This document shows positions 49,351-63,739 of a stretch of 64,000 nucleotides of DNA, one piece after another. The stretch spans positions 124,001 to 188,000 of the forward strand of contig JAYWIR010000069.1 of the NCBI GenBank assembly GCA_036172245.1, in the 5' to 3' direction. The first letter of the stretch is position 1, and the number at the start of each line of letters is the position of its first letter. The translations under genes and the position numbers were made by a program. The notes under the pieces were generated by a model, which was given only the letters and a program-made list of their open reading frames with translations, was not told the origin of the DNA and did not search any database. Source of the DNA: Raillietiella orientalis. Lineage: Eukaryota.

Positions 49351-51379
49351 CTTCGAGTGTTCCCGACGTGTGACCTTTATGGGTCAGCGAGATCATCGTG
49401 TATCCCCCCGTGTTAATCGCATCACTCAGATCGCCAGGAACCCTGAAAGTTTCATGGTATTCAAATTCGTCTCCGCATTCCAGCACCACGAAATTTCCAG
49501 AATTTCCGCCTGCTTGAATCCAGAATTTCGAATTTTTCAGAGAGTTTTGCTCTCTCGGATCGATCCGTGCATTCCGACTCATCCGGTGCAAGCCATGAAG
49601 AGCACGTTGTAGATGTTCAGTTTAAAAACAAAGAACACACTCGAAGGGGAAAAAGAACACGGAACCATCGCTGGGAAGCCATTATTTGGCGGCCGGGTTC
49701 CCCCATAGAGAACTCCGGAAATATCGAGCATTCATCTTGATGGTATCAGTATTTCTATCGATTTTTTGCAGTACCTCATAAGACCATAGCAGCAGCATTG
49801 GTTCCATAATGTTGTACATTACATTTCGGCGGGCAGGCATTTCGAACGGAACTCTTACCTGCCCTTCGGCGGGCTTCCAGCCCCAGGTCCAGCTCGGTTT
49901 CTTCGTAAGGCGCGTCTTCCGTGGACCCGAGTGACATGGGCAGCGAGTGGACTGGATTGAAACGAGGCTTCTATTAGAATGCTCGGAATGCAGAGGCTGC
50001 GCTCGTTGGTCGGATGTGCGGCGTGAAAAATGATTTTGCCTCAAGCAGTTTTGATTCAACACGGAACTTCTTCCAGGGGAGCCAAGTGCCGCGGCTTAGC
50101 AGGAACCTGTAGCCATTAGCCGGGAAGTCGGGAGAAGGCTAAAGTTTCGGCAGAATCCGCTCAAGCTTTTCAATTTTCCTTGAGAACAGCGATTAGCCCA
50201 TAGGATTGGATCCCAAGGAATCCTCCCCGATCGCGTCACCTTCCGCCTACTTCAGCGCGCCCATCGGTTTCGTGACTTTTGTGTGTGCGTCCGTGCACCT
50301 TGGGTCCGAAGGTCTTCTTGGAACTTGCAGTGTTTGATTATGGATTGTCCAATTGGATCTGCAATGGATTCTGCGAAATGATCGATACCAATGCAGCACG
50401 ATGAGGGCCATTTACTAGGAGTGTTTCATTATGGAGAATACACTTGGAAATGAAGGTATTAAACACCGGACATTTTGAACAAAGCTGGAGAGGTGAAGTA
50501 TGATTCTCCATTCCGCCGCAGAGTCTGGAACATTCGGAACCGTCGACAGGAATTAATCAGGGAAATCGATCCGAAGACTCGGACGAAAACGCTCAGATCC
50601 CAACGAAACGAAGACGGCTGCACGAGGAATGCTTAACACTCGGCACATCCGTGTACCTTCAAGGTCTCGACCTCCGTTGTCTCGTGCACTGGTCAGCAAG
50701 AGGGAAACACTTCCGTAGGAAGCGGGGGGCACGTCCCGCGTTATACGAGACATGCATGGCCAGATGGAATTCATGCCAGGTGAGAACACGAGTTCCAGCA
50801 CTGACCGCACATTGCGACTGAGATGTGGGTCAGTTTCAAATAGGGTGGCAGTGGCGCGCAAGCTCATCTTCTGACGAATTGTGCCCCCCATCATTGCCCA
50901 CCCCCATATTTGCAAGCCAAAGATCAAGCTGGAAAAAGAAATGTTCCTAAAGAGCGATCAAGACGAAGACGGAATTATGGACCCTTCGAGCGATGCATCC
51001 GTACAGCCAGTATGGAGAAGACTTCCGGAGAAGTTCCAACTTCTTCGTGGATGTCTTCCGGTGGTCAGTCAATGCCAAATGGTGAAGACTTTCCATTTTG
51101 GTTTTCATTAAAAACTGCATAAAAATACTTTTCCCTCCTATCCTCAAGTGAGCGTTTTTCTTTTTTCTCTTTTGATAAACCTTCACATTTTTTAGAACAT
51201 GTTGCGTTTTTAGACAAAAAGTCGAAAAGTGTGTGTCAAGATGTCAAATGTATGTCGCGCGCGTTATAGGAGACTCTTTATCGCGTTGTATGGGTACGAG
51301 TGGCAATTTTTACGTGGCGCCATACGAATTCGCGTCATGGAGGAGTCCGCTGTACTGCTTGTCTCAGGCTCCAGCTGAA

Positions 51380-51720
51380 ATCGGCCACCCCCCAGGGCAA
51401 TCCACGTGGACCCGGACCTTTTCACTTGCTCAGCTCGAGTGGAAAAATTTGTGGGGCTTTCTGTGAGCGCTCGGTCGAGGACGAAGAAAGTTCCATCAAG
51501 TTTCCGAGGTGCTTTCCGAGCAGTTCTGCAGCAAGCGGCAGGCCCCCCAACATGCCCTGGAGCACTTGGAAGCGCCTCTTCGTCGGTCGCTTCATGACTG
51601 ACATCCATGCAAAGGTACGACCGACGGCGACGCCGCGTGCAGCCTTCGTGGACCGTTTTTCCGTCGCGAGAGGAATCCCTCGGTTTCTGTGGAAATGACT
51701 CTTAGCACGCCGCTCTCCAG
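51380..51720 (-). mobile_element. Possible LINE fragment (pre-RT 'SAPGxDG' region)
   Basis: EEALPSAPGHVGG / GGLP remnant only. Confidence 0.35.
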
Positions 51721-54700
51721 GCACCGATCTGGCAAATGATCATCAAGCAGCAACAAAAAGATCCACACAGTTTCCGTGATGCTGCACTACGCGATCAACA
51801 GCAATCATCGGAAGTAATTTGCAACACCTTTCGCGTGTCAGTCGGGTTTGCAAGAGAAGAATGAATATATTAGCGTGAATCCGAAGATCAGTAGGGACTG
51901 CAGATGGGAATCAGCCCAATTAACAGGCAATAAAAGGGAAGCCGTGCTGATGCGAACGATCGAGAGCATCAGCCATCGTCTTCTAACGACGGCGGAGGGC
52001 AAAAATTCAAGCTGCGTTTGCCTTTTGCTTTCCAAGGCCTTCCTCCGTGCCATGGGGCCTCCAGAAGACAACGGCCCTTTTGCCACCCTGGGCAGAAAGT
52101 GCCCATGACACTCGTCACACGTCATCTCTGGTGTACAAACAAATGAGAGCAGCGCTCGGTGCAGCGGTGAGCACGAAAAATTGTACTGTGTTGATTTTTC
52201 TTTGCTACTGCTTCAGCTTGGCTCAGACGTGCCAAAACGCTTTGGGAGTTTTTTTCTTTCTTTCTCTTAAAAAAACAAAAATGCCTGATGATGGTCATGT
52301 CAGGGAAGGATAAAAATTCCCTCTGATCCACATAGCTGATAAATGTCACCACAGTGTGTCCTTCACCTTAAACATTCAATGCAATGAAACTTTGATGGGC
52401 ATCCTCAAAGTTTGTGTTCGTTTACCGTCAAAAGAACTTTATACATACATTAAATACATGTTCGAGACGGAAGAACAAAGCTCTTCGTGTGCAAAGGCAC
52501 AAGAATGATGTGTTCCAGGAAATTCCAAACACCGAAAGCGAACTTTGAAGGCTCTCTGGAACGGTGACCATCACAACCAGCTTCAAATACTTCCCAATGG
52601 AAAGAAGCAACCGAGAATAACTTATACGAACAGCAATGGCCGTGCAAGAGGATCAGTTCCTTGAAAGGTGCTGCGGTCGCTTAATCTCTAAAGTGTCCCC
52701 CAAAGTGAAATGAGCTGCACAGATGAATATTTACTGTTGCAAAAGTTATTCTTGAGTATTAAACGAATTGTGACACTCAGCCCTTTTCAGAGGGTCAGTT
52801 TCTTGGAAGTAACTGAAATGAAAGTACATCAAAATGATGGAAATTTGTTTGAAATGCAATAGGTCTCCACAGCATCATTAAGGTGCTTTTATAGATCTTG
52901 CAACGTATATCTCAACCTGGAAGACCTTCATGCTCTCCTCTTCAGCCCTCTTCAGAGCAAGGCTGTTTCCAAGCATGGGTGCCTTTGGCTCTTCCTCAAT
53001 TTCTCATTGCTTCTTTGAATTGAACTCTCCATTGAATCTCTTCTTTTCTTGAATTTCTCACTTGCCTGCTCTCTTTAGCACTCCAGTATTCATTTCTCTC
53101 CTTCCTGGGAACGTTCCTCGCCCTTGAGCACCGCGAAAAGCGCCTCGTCGCTCTTCCTGTGGATTTAAAATCTTGTCCGATGTCCCGTAGCCCATTTGTT
53201 TTGAGTACAGGTCAGTTAAGGTGAAATTACGGAAAGTACGTCCATTGATACTATGCTTTCGACAAGTCATGATAAATCGTTACTTCCTGATACGAGTGTT
53301 GATTTGTGACGAAAAGAAATAGAACTAAAGCTTGTCAGCATGTTACGAAGACAAAACTGATTTCCTATTAGCATTTGGCTTAACCACAAATTTTCACTTC
53401 CGAGATACACAAGATGAGTCGAAAAATTCCCAAACTTTGAATGCATCTTTCTTCTTCCATATTTTAATTCATTCAAACTGCTATTTCTTAGTTGTTCTTC
53501 CCAAATTTTAGACACTCTCTACTCGATGATTTTGGTCTCATTCGAATCCCACGGACTTGATGGGGAGACTTTCTGAAACAAAGTCTTTCACCAATTCTGA
53601 GAATGCCAGAAATCACGACTTTGCGTATATCTGAAATCAGCAACAAAACAAAACAACAGCAAACTGCCTGTAAGTGGAAGCCTTAGCGAATCCTGTTTGG
53701 GGTTGAAGAATTTCTGTTCAGCGCTCTTTGGAAATATACTCTCACTTTGCTGTTATTTGGCTGTTGCGTGCAGCTTCACGCATGCAGCGTTTTTAAATGA
53801 AAGAATTCAAATCGATCGAATCACTTTAATCGAAAATTTGTTTCTCAAAACCACTTTAGAAAAACAGAAAAAAAAATTTTTTTTACCGCGGAAAGAAGAA
53901 GAAATACCCAGAGGAGTTTCCTCTTCAGAATTTGCCAACAGCGACTCCGTTTGCATCCTTTTTGTTCGCATCCTTTCACAAATTTCAACTCTCGAGACCT
54001 CGTTTCTCAAGGTGTTTTCACTGGAAGCATATTTTGACTACCCGGGGAGGTCATGTACAAAGGTTGCACGCAGTGGCAGTTGGCATCCCCGAAGCCGCCG
54101 CGAAGCGCGCCGCAACTCCCTTCCGAGCTGCAAGATGGAGACCGGAAGTGTCTCCAGGAACTGCTTGGGACATGCATTTCCGAAAGCGGCAATCGGAGGA
54201 CGAAAAAACATGTGAAAAGATTCAGAATCCCGTCGAGACATTTACATGTCCTCAACGAGTGGATCCATTTAAGCGTGGCAGCTATCAGCCTTCAATGTAG
54301 GTGTTTTCCGGCAAAGTATTTCACGTTGCCAACATGATGGGCGGCCACAGCTGTGGTAAAGTTGAATTTCATTGCTTTCTTGAAAGATGTGTTGAGATGA
54401 TGTTCGTGGGATAACCGTGGTCTCCAACAAATCTGTTAAGCGCATGCACGGCGTTGGCAGGAAGTTTCGACGTGTTTGTTTATTAGGCATTTGTCTTTTG
54501 GTTCCCATTTCTTGATTCCAAGCAGTGAGAAGCTGATTTCACCATCAAAGTGTAAGGAAAGAGTCAATAAAAGTGAATAAATGTTGCTGCATTTTTGTAA
54601 ATACTTTTTTGTTCACATGAACTCAGATTTAAGGGGAAACTTGAATTTTGTTTCCGGATGTGGTGTATGAAGCATAGGTGCATCAGGGTATAATTTAGGG

Positions 54701-56679
54701 TTTACTCATTTTATTTTTTTCCATAAAAGTGAACATTTCTGCATAATCGTTCCCATTATGTAAAGTAATTTTTGTGATTAGGAGAACTTGAGAAATTGAA
54801 AGTCCCCTGGGGGTTGTATGTTTCAAGTTCAACTGCATCTTTTGAAATGCAGTTTGTCTTTTGCCCCCAACATTTGATGTCGTTGCCATAATGCAGTGAG
54901 TTTTGATTTGAGTTGAAGGACTTGATTGGTGTGAACTGTATTACAGCCCACGTGTGTGGCCAAACCTAAAAACAATGATGAAACAGTCTTATAAAAGCAT
55001 TTCTCCATAAAATAAAAATGTACTTTAATTTAAGTGCAAAGTTGATTTTGACCCAGAAAAGTTGACAGATTTAGTTCGATTTTCACATCCCTTAAGAGTC
55101 TTCGAAAAGTTTCAAGATATCTGGGATGCTGTTTCTTGTTTTGTATCTGTCTGCTGGATGACTACATAATGCTACTTTGTAGCCTTCAACCAAGTGGACC
55201 CATGCAAGAAAGATGGGGGCGTGCAAAACTGTTTACCAATGATATTGCCAAAGTGATGTGAAGCACATTGTGTCACACACACTGCGTGACGGTCCCTCTC
55301 AAGATGATTGCTTCCCTCCTGCTCCATAGTAAGGTTTTCGAAAGTCATCTCCTGTATTCTCCACGAGGTATATTTGACTCGCAGTTGACGTTCTGAGAGT
55401 ATCTATTTGGAGTCTTTCCTTATCCGCAAGCAGTTGCGACTTTTTTATGCAAACGAATCGCCATCTCTGTATTTGGGTGCATCCGATTGCAGTCTGAACT
55501 TCTCTTGAACGAAATGCAAGCGTTTTTGGGTATTGCAGTTCTGCAAAATATCGCCATTGGCTGTTATGAGGTAGTTTTTGTGCTGCCGGATTTATTCGTA
55601 CCGAATCGGTCGTTTTCGTGGGGCCGTGTCTGTACCAGGAAATTGTTTTTCCGTGGGTTCGGGCAGCACGGATTCGCTCGGCCGTTTGCTGCTGCCCATT
55701 GCTTGGACAAAGTTGGTTGCCTCCGATTTTCAGGCGTCCCAAACACTGAGGTGGGTTTTCCACTGATTCCGAGTTCTTGGGTGCCCCGCGTACGTACAAA
55801 GGCCAATGGGGGCCTCTTGGAGTTGAGTGGACAAAGAAGAGTTTCGTCAAATTCAGTGTTATCAACTGATTTGCCGGCTTTTCTGTGCAAATTCCCTTTC
55901 CGTGGAGTCCAACCGCCTGCGTGCCAAAATGGAAAATGGGTGTAATCAAAAATGTCGGGAAATGAATTTTTCCGACTTCGAATCAATGCATGGATGGTTT
56001 TATTTTTTGTTCTTTTTCCCCCCATCTCCAGCCGTTTCGGTGTTCGCCCAAAGTGCGGTCTCCACAATCAGTGCACCGCTGCAGTGTTCCTCCACAAAGC
56101 AGCCTGCGGCAATTCATCTGAATTCGTCGTGTTGGGGGTGTCACACGTGCTGCTGCTGCCTTGCACTTTGCTTTGCGCCGCTTTGGATCCTGAAGATTTC
56201 TGCCACCAATTTCTTTCACCGACAGATTTCCATTGCTGTTAATTTCCGTTCAAAGCGTTGAAAGCAAATGATACTGATGCACCCGGATGCTGCCGGATAG
56301 CGCATGTTTGCGCCAATCTTGTTTGTACACCTTTGTACACTTGGAACTGACGTTCGTAAAGAGATGTGCAATTCACAAGTCGAGGTGTGTTTTCGTTTAC
56401 GCATGTCAGTAGCACGTGACCTCAGGTTGAAGTCCTTCGTCTTGTAAGTTCAAGTCTGCATTCCTGGCTGCTTTCAGAAAATCACGCATCATTTCCGGGT
56501 GCTGCATGTCGACAAATTGTGGGGTGCTGTGTATGCAACGTCACTGCCGACGAACAAGAACGTCGTTTCAGAACTAAATTCTCCGCGTTTGCTGTGGTAT
56601 TTTAGCTGCATGCAGATAAATAGCTATCACAAGAATTACTCCCTGAAAACTTGTCGAGTCGCTGGAAAGTCAATCATTG

Positions 56680-57423
56680 GTGCCATCTAACGCCCCAAGC
56701 CCAGGGGGTACGGCGGCAAGGCGGCGAACTTCCCGGCCGCCGCCGCGTGGATGCGCGTCCCCGCCCCCGGCGCGTCCGCGGACGCGAACGGGCACGGAAG
56801 CAGCCTGGACCGCAACCACGAGGACTTTGCCCTCACCACAATCTGGAACGTGGCCCCGTGGTGCCTCGCGATCCCCTTCCAGAGCGATCCCAAAGACCCT
56901 TCTCCCGTGCACCGTATTCATTGTTTTTGTTTGTTTGTTTTCCCCGTCCCCACACCCCGTTCCCAAGACTGTTATTCCGGACTGCATGCTAGGAAAATTC
57001 TTTTCATCCTTGTCTTGTCGTCGGTTGGGAGCGTGGTTCCCAACTGGTTTATTTTATATAATTGTTCTTTGTTTAGATTATATGGAATAAACGCCCTGGC
57101 GTGACCGGGTGAGAAATCACACGGGAGGCATCCTCGAGTTCCCGGAGACGGGGGTGGGCGTCGTCATTCCCCCAGGGTCCCTGAAGCCGGGCTGCTCCCA
57201 GGAAGTGTTCTTCAAAGTGTGTGATCAGGATTTCGACGTGCTTCCGCCCCTCAACGCTGACCGAGATTTCCTTGGAGCCGCGACTGCCGCATCAACCCTG
57301 ACCGCTGGACTTCACCCTCAAGTCGAGCGACTCGCCCACGGCAAGCCGACGCACTGGCGCAACGTGACCCTGGCCAAGTCCTCGGAAGGATGAGGGACCG
57401 TCATCGGCTCCAACAGCGTCTCA
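56680..57423 (+). pseudogene. ZO-1: ZO-1/polychaetoid C-terminal ZU5-domain pseudogene, interrupted by a LINE fragment
   Basis: NHTGGILEFPETGVGVVIPPGSLKPGCSQEVFFKVC...VLPPL, then with frameshifts FTLKSSDSP, GKPTHW and VIGSNSVS. These match ZO-1 ZU5 motifs GGVLSSxETGVSIIIPxGAI...QEIYFKVC, FALKSSD and the terminal NxVSV. The middle ETLLSPLVMCGP segment is missing. The 5' boundary is tentative. Confidence 0.85.
56826..57116 (+). mobile_element. Very short family A LINE 3' fragment inside the ZO-1 pseudogene
   Basis: T-rich UTR plus aataaacgccctggcgtgaccgggtgagaaa at 57086-57116; ZU5 coding sequence resumes immediately afterwards. Confidence 0.8.
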
Positions 57424-58439
57424 GATAGAAGGTCTCTGCAGTGCACCTTAGTTGGCGTGCTTTTCCCGTCTCTTGTAGGTTGACTTTTCGATCAGGCTCC
57501 CGAGATCCATCCTCAGGAAATCATCAGATTTTCATCTCGGGAAATCGAATTCGAAGTGATTACACATCATTCGAATTTCAAGAAGCAAATCCAAGCTCGA
57601 AGTTTTTTACAGTCCTGTGGGCAGCATCGGAAAGCTTCGTCAAACGCGAATCCCCCCAAATTTGATTTGGGGGGATCTGCGTTTGAGAGTGTTAAAAGCT
57701 AAAAAAAAAAAAGATCACTAGTCGTTGGCACCTGGAAGCGCCAATGTGGATCTCTCGAGCTAACACTGAAAAACATCCAAACTTGAATTTTGCGGCGATG
57801 TTTCCAACAAGTAGCTTTAAATTCGGCTTTGCTTCGCAACGTCTGCATTTAAATGCAAAAATCCTTGCATACCTCAAAAATTGCGTGTTCATCTGTAGAT
57901 GTCATTTCTGTCTACTGAATCTGCAGAAAATCCTCCCTCTACGACTGCGGCATCAGTACCAAGTACTAACGGCATTCTGGGTTTGCGTTTTAGCCACGTT
58001 TCATATATATCACGATACGTTGCTGCGATGCGGCCCATTAAATGCATGTTTGTTTGTTTTTCAATATTTTCCCAAGATTCCTCGGTTTCCGCGATTGCTC
58101 CGATCGTAGTGGTACAGTGAATCAATTCGTTTTTCGCAAAGCTTTTGACCTGATTCCTTGACGCCGCTCATTTGGCTGAATCGTGGTTTTCCCGGAAGTC
58201 AATTTACACCTCGTTTCATTGCCGTGGTAATCCCCGAGTTTTTATAAGGGCTGCTCCCGCGGACGGTACAACAGCGACGGTGGTCGTACGTCCAAAGTTC
58301 TGCAACCGATTCCGGGACAGCCAAATGCAATTAGCAATACCAACAAGAGCAATTAGGAATGATCCATGATTCGCTTCCAGGGAGTTCTTCGGTTTGCCGA
58401 TAAGAGGCAATGTAGTGTGGCGTGTCTTCGGCAAGTGAA

Positions 58440-61400
58440 TTTTTCCCCAGATCCGACAAGCCTCCGGGCGAATTTAGTAATCGAGCAAATAAACTACGAG
58501 CACTCCGTTGCCAGCGCAACACTAGATGGGTTTCCTTGTTCGTGCCACAGGATGTGGGGCCCATCGCTCCTGTTGGAATCGGGTTCCACTGGCAACAGAA
58601 ACGGGTAGAGCTTTCCAGGTGCACTCAGCGTCTTGAGCTAGCGAGTGTGTCCGCCTCCTGGGTTTTTTTTCCCAGCACGCAGTGGAAAGTCCAGGCTGGA
58701 ACCCTACCGCACCCTGTGATCCTGAATTCCTCGAGCTTGCTCCGAGGATGTATCTTGAGGATCCCCATCTCAAACAGGACTTTTGAGTTGCTCGCCACCT
58801 TCCAGTCTCCGATGGGGGCTCCGTAGGCATCCAGGTGGATGCCGTCTCCTGTGCTTCCGAATGTCGCAGTCCACCATCGGGACTCCCGGACCAGCGCTGA
58901 AAAAGTCCCATCCTGCACAGGATCCCTCTGTGATGAAACATCAGGAGGCGGTCCTGTATCTCCGGAGGCATTTTGGATCTCTTCTGGAAGTTACGATGCT
59001 TGTGGACTCGGGGGAGGTCGTCCTCGTCTTGGTCTCCGCAGCTCCCACTGCCGCACCTTGCAGGAGTGCGGTGGAATTCCAGGATTCGGACCACTCCTGC
59101 TACAATCCCCGGGTCCCCCTGAGTTCGTGAGACTTGTCGGTCATCCACCCTTGCGTGTGGCGCTTGTTCTGCAGCGCTCTCATGCTCTTGGGCGTTTTTA
59201 CCGGAGAAAAATTGCTCGTAGTCGCCGATAGTTGGATGTCGTCTCCTCTGCAGCCATCTTTCCGTGTAACCCACGGGGCGCTTAAGAAAAGAGGGACCAC
59301 CATGGCCACCAGCTCTTTGCTCCAGAGTGCCCCTGCTCTTGAGGACGGTTTGTAGTTTGGAGCTCTTGGTGAGGAGCTGTCTCTTCTGTCAGGTACAACA
59401 CACTCTTGGTATCGCGGAGAGGAAGGTCCTGGGTCCCGGTTCTGCTGAGTCACCTCGCATGGGCTCGGGAGCGGAATTTTCCCAGGCTTGCTAGTGCCTG
59501 ACCAGGTGCTGGGAGTTTAGCAGCGTGCGCAATGCCTCGCATGCTCCCAAATGATCCCTTCCGGGCGCGAGCGGTGCGTACACTCCGTCTCGACCCTCGG
59601 CTTCTTTCTGTCCCGTGTCCGAAGGACTTCTTCGGGCGTTGGCAAGATGTCATGCCCCATCCCTCCCCCTTTTTGGTTTCTCGGGTGCTGAATGAGACCG
59701 CACCGAACGGGAACTTGGGTTGCAAGTCCGCCTTTGCAGAGATTCGGCTGTCTCCAGGAAGAAGCGGCACCTCTCTCGCAACGTGCCCTTCCAATCGGAA
59801 TGCTTCCGTGAAGTTTGTTCATCTTGAATCTATACGCCCAGACTTATCCACTGTCCCGAATCCCTGAGAGCGCAGTGGCTTCTCCCTCCGCAGGAGGAAG
59901 AACGTGGAGTCCAGAGAGTCTCCTCTTCCAGTTTTGACTTTAGCGGATTTCGAGCTTTTGATGGAAACTCTCGAACTGGCCTCTTCCAGGGTGGTCCCCA
60001 CGTGCGCTCACTTTCCTCAGAATCCTCATGAGTGTGGCGTGATTGACAGAGTCATAGGCCTTCTCGACATCGATTGGACCCAGAGTTCATGCCGTTGCCT
60101 TGGATGCAGCACGTATCCTAGGAGATCATGGACGCAGTTTACGTTTCTCCAGCTTCTTCCTGGAACGCGAGGCTGCTCCCGAGAGAAAATGACGATCCAA
60201 GACTCTCCTTCAGATGGTCGGTCCAGCGTAGGGTCGCAGCGTCGTTTAGACTCCCCTTGGCCAAAGCCATTCATTTCTTTCGTCTATAACCGCAATTCCG
60301 CGGGAGATGCACCAGCTGCCACTTGCCACCTGTGAGAAGGAACACTGTGGACTGCCCCAGGGTTGCAGCTCATTCAGGATGGGAAAAGCAGGAAGTCCCT
60401 GCCCCAGAGTATGTCTGGAAGGGTCCGAAGTGGGTGGTGAGCGAACCTGCCATCTCCATCGCGAGGGTGCAAGGTGGTCGACCACATGGTTCAGACAGAG
60501 GGTCGGGAAGCGGTTTTTCACCAGACGAGTCGTCAGCCATCTTGCTGTTCGACCTCAGTTCCCTCAGGATAGAAGCTTAACAAGGATGGGCGATCAAGTG
60601 GTGCTGAATCCACCACCCTCCAGCATCTTGCCTTGATCGCCACGTCGCGGGCGACCCCGCCCCATGCACCAGAAGGCAAAGTCATCCCCTGGCAGTGTTC
60701 CCTCCAAAAGACACGAGAAGAGCATTTCACAACTTTCCGTTCCTTGCGCTTCTGATTCCCTTTTCCTTCCTCTCGGAAACTGTGGAGTTTTTGCAACGCA
60801 CCCTCCGAGCGAGAGCCGGAATCCACCAGGAATTCCGAACCCGGAATCGCTTCCCCGAAAGAAGAGAACTTCCCTTCCCAAGGAACCGTGGACTGCGTAT
60901 TTCGGGAGGAACCTGTCGCCAACGCACTCGGCGGCGGTTGTGAGCCGAGGTGGGTCTGCGCGGCGAGCTGGTGGGACAGGTGACACGCCTTCTGAGACAG
61001 TCACGGTCGGCTGGCTCCCTGGGCCCCTGAATGCGGTCCGTGGTGCTCTGCTTGTGTGTGAGTGGTCGATGAGCACGTGGTTTGTCCTACGTCCAGACGA
61101 GGTCCAGAGCTCCTCCAATCTCCGGGAAGATGCTGGCCGTGTGCACGTGGTGGTGGCGGCGTCAATGCAGGTCGATGTTGGGAGAATCGCAGTTGCGAAG
61201 GAGGATGGCGGATTTCGGCCTTGCTTTGCTCTTCGGGAGGTCTTCCGGTCAGTGTGTGTTCCACCGTTCGAGGGACTGAGTCTTGCCTCGTGTACGGCCG
61301 CCAAAGACCGCTCGGATGCGGGTTTGCGAGCTTCCCTACAGCTAAAAGAAAGGAGCAATCAGGAGGCGGTGTGCAACAAGAAGAACGAGTCGTTGTTGGT
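58440..61400 (-). mobile_element. Decayed LINE family B spanning a probable ORF1 remnant to the 3' end
   Basis: IDVEKAYDSVNHATLMRIL (RT motif) at ~60015-60075, EQPRVPGR, zf-RVT-like PPEIQDRLLMFHH, and terminal actaaattcgcccggaggcttgtcggatctggggaaaaa at 58440-58478 (minus). Confidence 0.8.
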
Positions 61401-62039
61401 GCTCCTCCGACCGTAATTGGACATCGGCATGATGGCGCCTCCGAGTTCGTGCGCTGCTCGCGTCTAGCTCACCATTTTGTGGTCCTCCCTCCTCCGCGCT
61501 CCTGGAATGACTTTCACCTTGCCTCAAGGGATTTGAAAGAGGACCAGCTGGGGAAGACACGCACTTTGGGGAACACGGAGGTCCCGAAGACACGCGCGCT
61601 CTCGGCGTAGGGACGGTGGACTAGGCCCCTGACGCCGAAGCGGACGGAGCGACGGCAGGCCCTGGAGGCCGTGTGCGGCACCACTTACAGGTGCGTTCCT
61701 GAACGCGTCCTCTCGCTCCGGAGAACTCGCATCCCCCCTCGTCTGCGACTGTCCCGGAGACTGCCCCGGTGAGGCAGGCGGTAGTCTTGACCGCGTCTGG
61801 ATCCCCTTCTCTCCTGGAAACTGCGGCGCTTCTGAAAAAAGGAGAGAGTTCAGGCATGGGCGAGTACGGACGGTCGCGAACACGGAAAAAGCGCAGCGCC
61901 TGCGGCGTTCAGGGCGCGCTCGCTGCTCGTTGCGGGGCGAGAGCGAGAAGGCTTGTCGAACGACCCAGGGAGAACTCGCAAGTCCAAGGAACGCCGCCCT
62001 CCGTTCGAGAGGACAGCGACGGTGGACGCAACCCTCAAG

Positions 62040-62899
62040 ATGAGAGGTGACCGGCGAGGTGGAAAATGACGTTGGGATGCAGGACGGCTGCGTCAACTCG
62101 CTGATGCGCTGCCCTTCCCGGTGGACTTATCCTAGGAGCCGATCTCCTCGAAACCCTCCAAGAAGACGTGTGGACCCCCGAGACGTTTTTTGGAGAGTTC
62201 CGTACTTTCTCTGTAAGACCCAGCGTTGCGCCTGTTGCATCGGGATGTTCCGTGCAGGGGCGCGCCGTGGCCGCGACCAGGGTGAAGTCCGGATTTGCAC
62301 TGTATCCGGTGCGGAGAAAAGAGAAAACTTCCCTCATCTGTTATTCGAGTGTATCGCTCTTTGGTCCGCGAAGGAACTTTCCACTACGTCCCTGAAGTTC
62401 CCAGAAGTCCCCCGAAGGCCGTGTTCAGATGCCTCTTCACGCATAGAGGAACGTCGCCTGCGGCAGTGGCGGTCGCAGCTTCTCACTGCGCCTATAGTGG
62501 AGTGACAGCTTAGAAGCCAAGACGAGAAAGGCCAGAGGACCAGAAACGCCAGCTCTTCCGTCTTTAACCCGAGGATATCGAAGTTAGAAGCATCTGAAGG
62601 AGGAACTTGTCGGCATCCTGCAGAGTGCGCCAGAAATGATCCCCTTTCTATATCCCCAAAACCTCCTGTTTCCTCATCTTCTCCTGTGCGCAACTCTGAC
62701 GGCAAGCTGCTCTCTAGGTAGCACGGCCTCTAAGACCTGATCGGCATAGGGGGGTGTCGGTCCCACTGCGGAGGAAGGCTGGGTATGCGTGCCGGTCACT
62801 CGGCAGGTTCCGAGCATTTTCTCACAATGTAGGGCCGATAACCCTATACATGTATGTTTATTTTTTATGATGAACGTCCCGGCGTGACTGGGTGATAAA
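62040..62899 (+). mobile_element. Decayed LINE 3' part with family A terminus
   Basis: CTVSGAEKRENFPHLLFECIALW. UTR block gcgtgccggtcactcggcaggttcc is shared with the 16896 copy. Terminal motif at 62869-62899. Confidence 0.85.
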
Positions 62900-63720
62900 C
62901 CAAGCAGGCAGGCGCTTCCGGACAGTGCCGTCTTCGGACCCAGGACGCAGTTTCCTTGCCCTTGGAAGATTTCCAGGGTGGCCAGCGATGGCTGTCGAAG
63001 AGCTGCAGGCTTGCAGGTCGCTTCTAGTTCCTTCCTCCCATGGTCGCAGCCACTCCATGGGATTCCTGGAGAGGGGGTCGAGGTTCATGAGCCCTCTTCT
63101 CCGAACAGGCACCATCCACTGCAATTCCAGGATCTCGACGGAGAAAACCAGTGTCGTGTAGCGGTTTTCTTTGGTGGTTTTCACCACCACTGCCCCCGTT
63201 CCTTCCTCTGGGCGATGGCCATAGTCCTGGCACTCCTGCCCGATCTCCTTGAGAAAGAATATGTGCCTCAGGCAGGTTTCGTTGGCCAACGTCGTCGTCG
63301 GAGGCGCGCTCTACGAAGCAGCCCTCGTTGTTCTGGAGGGAGAGGAGGAAAGTATGCTGCTCAGAGGTCGCTGGTCTTTCCTCGTGCGCACCCGCAATAA
63401 CGCAGGACCGAAGATCTCGTAGAGCTCCTACGAGCTCTTCGATTTTCCTCCATCAGGACCGCGCCACGACTTGCTGCTTCCGGGTCCGTCCCCAGTCAAA
63501 CAGAGCGTCCTCGGAACTCCATCCGTTCCCGGAATCTCCGGCGGCCTCATCTAATGTTTCCGGCTGCTTTGCCAGGGTGGGTGGAGGGGAGAAGCTCTTC
63601 GGTTTTGTTTGGACCCGCCGCCGCGTAGTCGGTCCTGACGCGTGGATCCAAAAGGTCATGCCTCCGTCCTGCGGGCAGAACGGCGGGCGACCGCGGCAGG
63701 CGTCGGGCCACTCATGAAAA
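62900..63720 (-). mobile_element. Decayed LINE ORF1
   Basis: Knuckle remnant QACSSSTAIAGHPGNLP in ORF 62858..63289. Confidence 0.45.
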
Positions 63721-63739
63721 TAGCGCGAACCTTCAAGCG

